From: Deinococcota bacterium
GTDB taxonomy: Bacteria > Deinococcota > Deinococci > Deinococcales > Thermaceae
Assembly (NCBI GenBank): GCA_041695225.1
Contig: JBGFRI010000030.1
Span: 1-64,000, forward strand
Direction of reading: 5' to 3'
DNA length: 64,000 nt
Position numbers and translations under genes: made by a program. The notes under the pieces are model-generated. The model searched no databases, had not been told where the DNA came from, and saw only the letters and a program-made list of their open reading frames with translations. Every line of letters begins with the position of its first letter. Within the stretch, counting starts at the first letter, position 1. Of the stretch, positions 1 to 7,318 are shown one piece after another.

Positions 1-686
1 CCCAGCGCCGGGCGCAGCTCGTTGATGGCCCGCACCCCCGCGCTGGCCCGGTAGCGGTGCGACTCGTCCATCAGCAGCACCAGGTCGGGGAGGTTGGCGA
101 GGTAGTCGAAGTAGCCGCTGCCCAGCACCTCCTGGAAGCGCTTGATGCGCGGCTCCTTGCCGCCCCGCACTTCGGAGTTGATCTTGGAGATGTTGAAGAC
201 GTTGATACGGATCCGCCCGAACAGCCCAGGGCTGGCCCAGTCGGTCTGGGCGTAGTTCTCGCCATTAATCAGCAGCGGCGGGTACTGCACAAACTCCCCG
301 ATGCCCCGGAAGACATACTTGGGGCTGCCGGGGGTGAAGTCGGTCATCAGCTTGTTGTAGATGGTGAGGTTGGGGGCCAGCACGAAAAAGTTGTTCACCC
401 CGTAGACGTTGTGCAAATAGGCGATGAAGGCCCCCATCAGCCGGGTCTTGCCCACCCCGGTCGCCAGGGCGAAGCAGAGCGAGACGAACTCCCGCTCGAA
501 GTCCTGCACGGTTGGAAAGGCCGCCCGGACGGACTCGAGCGCCCCCTCCACGTCCCGCGTCCCACCCTTCGCCACAAACCCCTCGAACCCGATCAGCTCG
601 AGCACGCTGCCCAGGGCCTCGAGCGAGTCGCGCTGGGGCTTGCGCAGGCTGAGCCGGTTGGAGATGTTGTTAGCCTCGGGGTGCAT
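1..686 (-). CDS. res: Type III restriction endonuclease Res subunit (DEAD/DEAH helicase), N-terminal part; runs off window start
   Basis: Manual translation from ATG at 686: MHPEANNISNRLSLRKPQRDSL...CFALATGVGKTRLM (Walker A)...LVLLMDESHRYRASAG (DExH); lies downstream of a type III mod gene. Confidence 0.9.
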   Translation of the reverse strand, partial: MHPEANNISNRLSLRKPQRDSLEALGSVLELIGFEGFVAKGGTRDVEGALESVRAAFPTVQDFEREFVSLCFALATGVGKTRLMGAFIAYLHNVYGVNNFFVLAPNLTIYNKLMTDFTPGSPKYVFRGIGEFVQYPPLLINGENYAQTDWASPGLFGRIRINVFNISKINSEVRGGKEPRIKRFQEVLGSGYFDYLANLPDLVLLMDESHRYRASAGVRAINELRPAL

Positions 687-731
687 CAAGAACCACCCGC
701 TTTCCGCGAACCCGCGCCCCGCAATTCTCGA

Positions 732-1370
732 AACAAAACCGTTGTCATGTTGAGCGCAACGAAGTGGAGCGAAACATCCCCTAACCGCGTGGCCCCCGCC
801 CGACCATGGCGGTAACGCGCTGCCCTGAGCCTGTCGAAGGGTAACGGTCTTCTTGCCCGAGCGGTTGGCGACCCGGACGCAGGGAGGAGACCCTTCGACT
901 CCGCTGCGCTCCGCTCAGGGTGACAAGAAGAGTCCCGCACCCCGCTCAGAATGACAAATTGTGGTGTCATGTTGAGGAGTGCGGAGCACGCCGAAACATC
1001 CCCGGACTGCGTAAGTCCCGCTTGACCATGCCGGTAAGGCGCAGCCCTGAGCATGTCCAAGGGTAACGGTCTTCTTGCCCGAGCGGTTGGCGAGTTCTGT
1101 GCAGTTGGGGGATTCTTCGGGGGCAAACTGCGCCCCCTCAGAATGACAAGAGAGGATGTCGTGTTGCGAAAACATTCAGGTGTCATGTTGAGCGGAGCGT
1201 AGTCAGTGAGCCGAAGCCCTGAGGAACCGAAGGGGAAACATCCCCTCAGGGCAAGCGGCCTCGGCCACTCACTCGAGCACTGTGACGGTCTTCTCTCCCG
1301 CATGAAGTGACAACATGACCCGGTGAGGGGATTCTTCGGGGGCAAACTGCGCCCCCTCAGAATGACAACG
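732..1370. repeat. Array of REP-like palindromes (TGTCATGTTGAG..CGAAACATCC and inverted TGTCATTCTGAG..GAAGAATCC units) between mod and res
   Basis: Units seen directly at ~743, 890-925, 945, 966, 1110-1148, 1181 and 1330-1368; same family as 3161-3645 and 18094-18435. Confidence 0.9.
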
Positions 1371-1407
1371 GTTGGGGCTTTGTGGCCTGCGGGGCGTTGA
1401 GGCGCGT

Positions 1408-3099
1408 TCATCCGTTGCCCTCGAGGTTATCAAACAACCCCGCCATGCCCCGGTTTTTTGCGCGGCCCCTGGCGGGTGCGGCAGCCAGCTCGAGTGCAGT
1501 TTGCTCGGCGGGGCTGGGGGCCTTGGGCAGGTTTTCGACCCGCAGGCTGTAGTCGTCCTTGCCCCACTCGCACTTGCTCAGCACCGCCTGGGGGATCTTC
1601 TTGATGGTGAGGTTGGGAAACCTGCGGGGGTCGGCGGAGTAGGCGCTGCACATAATCAGCAGGCTGCGCTCTTGTCCCACCTCGTCGGAGATGCTTTGCA
1701 GTTGCTCGAGCGTCAGGTGCTGGGTGGTGGCATAGAAAAAGTCCCGCTCGGTGGAGTAGCCCTGCATCCAGTACTCGGTGTCGGAGGGCGCATAGGTAAA
1801 GCCCTCCAGCTTGCACAGCGCCTCGGCCAGCATAGCGGCGTTGTAGACCGGGTTAATCACCCAGTTGCCCCACCTGTCCCGCGCCATCAGGCTGGCAGCC
1901 AGCTTGTAAAACCGAAACCCGCCCCCACCCTTCCACCCCACCGCCCCGGAGATGCCCCCCTGGTCGGTGCCATCCACCACTTTCCGCAGACGCGGCAAAA
2001 TGTGCGTATAGGCCGTCTCCTGCAACTCCACCATCACCCAGTGCCGCCCCATCTTGTGGGCCACCGCCCCGGTAGTGCCGGAACCGGCGAAGGAGTCGAG
2101 CACAAGATCGCCAGGGTTGGTTGCGATCTGCAATATCGTTTGAATAAGTCTCTCAGGTTTAGGCGTTGAGAACTTCTCTGTACCAAATAACGCAAGGGTT
2201 TCTTTTGCAGCCTCTTGGGTATGCCCGGCAAGTGTATGCTTCCACAGCGACATTGGCATCATGCCTTGCTGAATCTCCGACAGGAAGTTCTTTAACCTTG
2301 GTACAGCCTGATCACCGTTAACGCCCCACCAAATCCGGTTTTCTCTAACGTTATTGTCGTGGGCTTCACGGGACATTGCCCAGACTCTGGTTCGCTTCGG
2401 CCAGATTTCCGCGCCAGTTTTAGGATGAATTATCGGATAGTAAAGATTAGGGCGCTCATCTGCTGTGTAGCGGCAAGTGTAGTCCATAGATTGCCAAGGA
2501 CCACGAGGATCATTATCTGGGTTTTTATACCTTCCATACTGATCCTCTGTAATAGGTAGCAAATTCCTCCGAAAATCCGGGCTCTTTCGATATACCAATA
2601 TATGATCATGCACATAGCCGAAATCCTTGGTGTCAGGAGGCGGTGAAAATCTCTTCTCCCAAGCAATATCGCATAAGAAATTTGCGCGACCAAACACTTC
2701 ATCCATCATCACTTTCAGGTAATGCACTTCGTTGTCATCAAGGGTTATCCAAATACTCCCATCCTCCCTCAGCAAAGTCCGCAGCAGCTCGAGCCTGTCC
2801 CGCATCATCGAGAGCCAGAGGGAGTGCTCGAGGCCGTCGTCGTAGTGCTCGAAGGCGCTGCCGGTGTTGTAGGGGGGGTCTATGAAGATGCACTTGACCT
2901 TGCCGGCAAGCTCTTGCTCCAGCGCCTTCAGGGCCAGCAGGTTGTCCCCAAAAATCAGCTTGTTGTCGAACAGGTCGTTCTCGGTCACGCGGTGGGCGGC
3001 CAGGTAGCTGTGCTCGGACTGCTCGAGCAGAATGCGCGGCTCGAGGCGCGGGCGCACGTCCTTGCCAACCCAGGTAAGCTCGAGTTTCTGCTTGCTCAT
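1408..3099 (-). CDS. mod: Type III R-M DNA methyltransferase Mod (N6-adenine, beta class)
   Basis: IDPPYNTG (motif IV) precedes LDSFAGSGTTG (motif I); TPKPERLI; typical Mod N-terminus KQKLELTWVGK. Confidence 0.95.
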   Translation of the reverse strand: MSKQKLELTWVGKDVRPRLEPRILLEQSEHSYLAAHRVTENDLFDNKLIFGDNLLALKALEQELAGKVKCIFIDPPYNTGSAFEHYDDGLEHSLWLSMMRDRLELLRTLLREDGSIWITLDDNEVHYLKVMMDEVFGRANFLCDIAWEKRFSPPPDTKDFGYVHDHILVYRKSPDFRRNLLPITEDQYGRYKNPDNDPRGPWQSMDYTCRYTADERPNLYYPIIHPKTGAEIWPKRTRVWAMSREAHDNNVRENRIWWGVNGDQAVPRLKNFLSEIQQGMMPMSLWKHTLAGHTQEAAKETLALFGTEKFSTPKPERLIQTILQIATNPGDLVLDSFAGSGTTGAVAHKMGRHWVMVELQETAYTHILPRLRKVVDGTDQGGISGAVGWKGGGGFRFYKLAASLMARDRWGNWVINPVYNAAMLAEALCKLEGFTYAPSDTEYWMQGYSTERDFFYATTQHLTLEQLQSISDEVGQERSLLIMCSAYSADPRRFPNLTIKKIPQAVLSKCEWGKDDYSLRVENLPKAPSPAEQTALELAAAPARGRAKNRGMAGLFDNLEGNG

Positions 3100-3160
3100 G
3101 CCTCAATCTCCGTCATCGGCCAAATCATACCAAGCCCGCCTGCCAGCCCCCACCCAACCG

Positions 3161-3645
3161 CTGTCATTCTGAGCTGCGCCTTACCGGCATGGTCGAGCGG
3201 GACTTACGCAGTCCGGGGATGTTTCGGCGTGCTCCGCACTCCTCAACATGACACCACAATTTGTCATTCTGAGGGGGCGCTTTTGCCCCCGAAGAATCCC
3301 CTGGCCGCACCAGCCTCGTCCACTGCTCGGGTATACAGACCGTCACCGTACCTGCATCAACGGGCGGGGCTTACGCAGTCCGGGGATGTTTCGGAGTGCT
3401 CCGAACTCCTCAACATGACACCGCAATTTGTCATTCTGAGGGGGCGCTTTTGCCCCCGAAGAATCCCCTCACCGCGTCGGGGTCGCCCACTGCTCGGGCA
3501 AACAGACCGTCACCCTTCGACAGCCCTTCGACAAGCTCAGGGCAAGGCTCAGGGCAGCGCCTTACCGGCATGGTAGGACGGGATTCGCGCAGTCCGGGGA
3601 TGTTTCGGAGTGCTCCGCACTCCTCAACATGACAACGGTTTTGTT
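3161..3645. repeat. Array of three inverted REP-like doublets directly downstream of the GIY-YIG gene
   Basis: Alternating TGTCATTCTGAGGGGGCGCTTTTGCCCCCGAAGAATCC and GGATGTTTCGG..CTCAACATGACA joined by 8-bp linkers; nested CCCTTCGACAAGCTCAGGG palindrome at ~3513-3553. Confidence 0.9.
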
Positions 3646-3658
3646 CATTGAGGGTCGC

Positions 3659-3949
3659 CTACCCTTTCAGCACCTCGTCGCCTAAGTCGCGCCAGGTCGG
3701 GTTGAAGCCGCTAATCAAGGCCAACTTCTTGGCCCGCGTCCAGCCTTTTATGCGCTTCTCGCGCTCGATGGCTGCCATCACATCGTTGGTGGACTCGTAA
3801 TAGACCAACTGGGTCAGGTTGTAGCGCTTGGTGAAGCCCTCGAGCAGCTTGTTGCGGTGCTGATAGACGCGGCGCTGCAAGTTGTTGGTCATGCCCACGT
3901 ACAGGCTGCGCCCGCCCCCGGTCATGATGTACACCCAGTAGGTCTTCAA
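3659..3949 (-). CDS. Small GIY-YIG nuclease (UPF0213/YhbQ-like), 96 aa
   Basis: TTG start at 3949 preceded by GGAGGAG, overlapping the PIN gene stop; YWVYIM...LYVGMTNNLQRRVYQH...FTKRYNLTQLVYYE...AIEREKRIKGWTRAKKLALI. Confidence 0.9.
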   Translation of the reverse strand: MKTYWVYIMTGGGRSLYVGMTNNLQRRVYQHRNKLLEGFTKRYNLTQLVYYESTNDVMAAIEREKRIKGWTRAKKLALISGFNPTWRDLGDEVLKG

Positions 3950-4347
3950 GTCTCCTCCGAGACCAGGCTCAGGCCCTCGAGGAAGTCGAAGTCCCGGCGG
4001 TTGTGGGTGACCAGGGGGATGTCCAGGGCGCGGGCGGTGGCGGCGATCCAGACATCGCTCTCGCTCATGGGCCGCCCCTTGAGGTGGGACTCGAGGCGAA
4101 CCGTGGCCCAGGCGGTACACACCGCGTCGTCGGGGAACAGTACCGGATGGCCCGCCAGCAGGCGCTCGAGGCGGGCGCGGCGCTCCTGGCCCCAGCCCGA
4201 CCGCAAGGCCCCAAAGCGCATCTCGGCCACGGTCTGGGCGGCGATGCACAGCACCTGGCCCTCGAGGCGCGGCTCGTACCGCGCCCAGAGGGTGTGGTTG
4301 TTGTGCTTGTAACTGAGGATGTTGGTATCGAGCAGGAGGGTACTCAT
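3946..4347 (-). CDS. vapC: PIN-domain VapC toxin
   Basis: LLLDTNILS...AEMRFG...SDVWIAATA...LVTHNRRDF acidic PIN motifs. Confidence 0.9.
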   Translation of the reverse strand: MSTLLLDTNILSYKHNNHTLWARYEPRLEGQVLCIAAQTVAEMRFGALRSGWGQERRARLERLLAGHPVLFPDDAVCTAWATVRLESHLKGRPMSESDVWIAATARALDIPLVTHNRRDFDFLEGLSLVSEET

Positions 4348-4829
4348 GCCGACTTCCGACGCGGCGTTCTAGGGGCCGGGTGGGCGGCCTCGGGTCTTTC
4401 GGGTTCATCGAACAGCTCGAGCAGCCGCTTATCGCGCTCGACGCTTAGGGCCTTGCTGGCCTCGCGGGCCTCGGCGAGCACCTGAAGGAACGCCTCGTTC
4501 TCGGCCTGCTCCTCGAGAGTCCAGGCGGGCCACTCCATGCGCCAGTCCTTGGCACTAAAGGGCTTGGCATCCTTGAGCAGTTGAGCCAGCCGCTCCTGCT
4601 TGCTGTTCGGGCGCTTCTCGAGGATTTCATCGAAGCGCACCGGCCTGCCCAGCAGTTTTTCGAGGCCCGCCATCAGCTTGTCGAGGGTCTGTAGCTCGAT
4701 GGCTTTGGCCTTGTTGTTCACAATGTTGTAGACCGTGGTCTTGGATAGACCACTGGCTTCGGCCAGCGCCAGTGGGGTCTTCTTGTGCTGGCGCAGGAGG
4801 GGCTCGAGTTTGAAGTGCGTGTTGACCAT
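4344..4829 (-). CDS. XRE/Cro-like HTH protein, probable antitoxin of the adjacent PIN toxin
   Basis: LALAEASGLSKTTVYNIVNNK HTH; 4-bp overlap with vapC. Confidence 0.8.
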   Translation of the reverse strand: MVNTHFKLEPLLRQHKKTPLALAEASGLSKTTVYNIVNNKAKAIELQTLDKLMAGLEKLLGRPVRFDEILEKRPNSKQERLAQLLKDAKPFSAKDWRMEWPAWTLEEQAENEAFLQVLAEAREASKALSVERDKRLLELFDEPERPEAAHPAPRTPRRKSA

Positions 4830-4868
4830 TGGTCAATTTTACCAGAGGTCTGGACAGATTGATTATAC

Positions 4869-7127
4869 CTACGATACCGATCGTTTTTCTACAATCCTCG
4901 ATTGCTTACAATGGCCTCCGCAATCCCGATGAGTTATCTGGTGACGTTTGAAGACATAGTTTCCACACACATTACAGATTAAGGCCTCCGCCAAGGCTAG
5001 GGTAGCTTCCCCGAACTCCTTAATGTCAGTATTACTGTGATCCAGTCCAACCGTGTTGTAGTGGGCTCCCGCCTGGTTGCGTAAGAACGCCAATTGCTTG
5101 ATCCGCTCAAACACAGGCTCGAGGTCAATGACTGTCGGCGAGCCGCCGTTGTCTTTCTCAACTTTGAGTCTGACCATTTTCTTTGCCGATCCAGCGATTA
5201 ACTGCCCCAAGTCGTATCTTCCTTTCTTGACACGTTCCATAGAGCACTCGTACTCAAGAGTGAATTGGTTCAGGATGGCCTCGAGCAACACCCCAGACTT
5301 GCTAGCAACCGCCTGCCTATCCATCGGCGCGGCGGTCAGCACTTGCTTGAGTTCGGCAGGGTAGGGCACGGTCTTGCTGCTGCGGATACCGTGTACCGAG
5401 TCCCACTCGTGGAGTTCATGGAGATCTAGGGTGTTGGGATGCTCGTACCTGAACTTCTCAAGCCACCCCCGGTAGTGGGTGGTAAGGATGATCTGGGTGA
5501 AGTGCTGGCTCTCTTCGATTAGCAGATCGTCAATGCGATTGAGATGCTGGGCGTCAATGCTGGTGAAAACATCGTCAATGACCAGGATTGCGTCGGTTTG
5601 CGACAGCTTAGCGATGGCTAACCAGAAGCAAAACGCCAATGTGTCCAAGTGGGCCTCACTGAAAAAGCCCTGCGGTACTACATCGTCCGCACCGTAAAAC
5701 TTTACCCTCTGGTGGAGGCTTCCTCTGCGCTGCTGGTCTAGCACCAGGCCTGTCGGGCCAATGTCCTCGTTAGGATGTATGCGTTGATACATTCGTTGGC
5801 ACTCAGAAACCACTTGATCGAAAATACCCTGAGTGTATCGAATGCGCTCCTGGCGCACGATCTCGGCCATTGCACGAAGACTTCCGCAAACAGCCTCTAG
5901 TTGCTGAGACTGCTTCTCGTGATCCAAAGCCTTCTCTAAACTCAGCCTCACTGCCGTGTGGCTTTCAAGGTCTTTTTTGCCACTCTCTAACTGCTCGGAA
6001 ATTTCCTGAAATATCCCATTGTTTTCGAGACCCTCAAGCCAGCTCTTACCCTCTTCGGGGTTTGGAGCAGTGAGTCCGAGAGCATCGCTCAGCCTGCTAA
6101 TTGCGTCAATAAAGCTCGTCGCCCGCGTCTTCGAGGCAGCCTCGGCAGCGGTCTTGGCTCTTTCGGCGGAAGTCTTCTCTGCACCCAAAGCTCGTAGTCG
6201 GGCAGCTTCTTTCAGTCGGGCATGGATGTCTTCGACCAGGGTGGTGGGGGAAACGGACTGCTGGCAGACAGGGCAGGTATCTGATTGATCCTTCTCGATG
6301 TAGCTGGCTACTTGTTCGAGCATTCGGACTAGCTCGACGCCTAAACTGCCCTCGACACTTGCTGCCTCGATCTTCGCCTCAACGTCGGATAGATTTTCGC
6401 TGGCCTGATCCAATTGTTGTTGAGCCTGACTCCAGCTTAGCAGCTCCGATTTTGCTTGTTGGTAGTGACCCAGCAATTGCTCGTTTGCAGTGATCTGCCG
6501 CCTTAAGGCATCAACTGGCTGCGCTGTCTTTGCCTTCGCCCACTCAAGCCACCCACTTCCTGGTCTACCTTCCGCCTCCCACAGCTTGCCCAGGGTATCT
6601 TGAGCCTCCCCCAGATAGCGCACTGAGTCATCCAGTCGACGGTCTACCTCATTCACTGCATCCGTCAGTTGGGCCTCGCTCTTCTCAATACCCCGAATCT
6701 CGATGAAAGGCTGCAAAACCTTATACCTGTTGGCCGGAGTATCCTCGACAATCTGGCTTAGGTGCGACTTGCGCAAGACTTTTACGACCGGATGCCGCGT
6801 GGCAGCCGAAGGTGTAACAGTAAGCGTTCCTGACTGGTTGAACCTGCCCTTCAATATTTTCGACCCGAAGCCAACCTCGATCTCCACGTCACTCGGGGAA
6901 CGTCCTAGAGATGGGAGATGATCTCTCACCGACGTGCTGCTGCGCCCTTCCAGTGAGCCCTTACCGCCGTTAAACATCAGGTCAATTGCATCTATCAGCG
7001 TGGACTTGCCACTGCCATTCTCACCGAAGATCATCACGAGACGCTTAGAGGGATCGAAACGAAACAGACTGATCTGAACCGCGCCCCGAAAATGCTTGAG
7101 GGAAATCTGTTCAAGTCTCAGGCTCAT
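4869..7127 (-). CDS. Rad50/SMC-like ABC ATPase with zinc hook and C-terminal HEPN-like domain plus Cys cluster (RloC-like architecture)
   Basis: Walker A GENGSGKS; coiled coil with central CPVC; signature-like FFSEAH; Walker B ILVIDD; H-loop LTTH; C-terminal LLEAIL...RNQAGAH and CNVC..CGGHC. Confidence 0.75.
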   Translation of the reverse strand: MSLRLEQISLKHFRGAVQISLFRFDPSKRLVMIFGENGSGKSTLIDAIDLMFNGGKGSLEGRSSTSVRDHLPSLGRSPSDVEIEVGFGSKILKGRFNQSGTLTVTPSAATRHPVVKVLRKSHLSQIVEDTPANRYKVLQPFIEIRGIEKSEAQLTDAVNEVDRRLDDSVRYLGEAQDTLGKLWEAEGRPGSGWLEWAKAKTAQPVDALRRQITANEQLLGHYQQAKSELLSWSQAQQQLDQASENLSDVEAKIEAASVEGSLGVELVRMLEQVASYIEKDQSDTCPVCQQSVSPTTLVEDIHARLKEAARLRALGAEKTSAERAKTAAEAASKTRATSFIDAISRLSDALGLTAPNPEEGKSWLEGLENNGIFQEISEQLESGKKDLESHTAVRLSLEKALDHEKQSQQLEAVCGSLRAMAEIVRQERIRYTQGIFDQVVSECQRMYQRIHPNEDIGPTGLVLDQQRRGSLHQRVKFYGADDVVPQGFFSEAHLDTLAFCFWLAIAKLSQTDAILVIDDVFTSIDAQHLNRIDDLLIEESQHFTQIILTTHYRGWLEKFRYEHPNTLDLHELHEWDSVHGIRSSKTVPYPAELKQVLTAAPMDRQAVASKSGVLLEAILNQFTLEYECSMERVKKGRYDLGQLIAGSAKKMVRLKVEKDNGGSPTVIDLEPVFERIKQLAFLRNQAGAHYNTVGLDHSNTDIKEFGEATLALAEALICNVCGNYVFKRHQITHRDCGGHCKQSRIVEKRSVS

Positions 7128-7318
7128 GACTCAACCGCCTCCTTCTGCTCGTGCAGTTTTTCGGCCAGAAGAATCCAGTCTGACATCTCCATCTTCCCAT
7201 TAGCAATAGTTGTAGTCAGGGCTTCCTTCTCTTGGGAACCCAGAAGGAATTGTGACTCAAAACGACCAGCAATCGCCTCCGCAACTAATGTATCTGGGTC
7301 TTTGGAATCCTCATTCAT
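7124..7318 (-). CDS. Small hypothetical protein (64 aa) translationally coupled between SNF2 and the ATPase
   Basis: 4-bp start/stop overlaps at both ends. Confidence 0.7.
   Translation of the reverse strand: MNEDSKDPDTLVAEAIAGRFESQFLLGSQEKEALTTTIANGKMEMSDWILLAEKLHEQKEAVES

Noticed and set aside
686..1411. 241-aa ORF and similar ORFs at 2722-3576 and 18117-18608
   Set aside because: Translations of the palindromic arrays (VILRG/CHSE peptides) or antisense to mod.
732..3645. CRISPR array interpretation of the repeat arrays
   Set aside because: Units alternate in orientation, the inter-unit sequences are themselves repeated, and there are no cas genes.
3950..4408. N-terminal extension of the 249-aa ORF 3659-4408
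   Set aside because: Overlaps vapC in another frame; the GIY-YIG gene has its own RBS and TTG at 3949.
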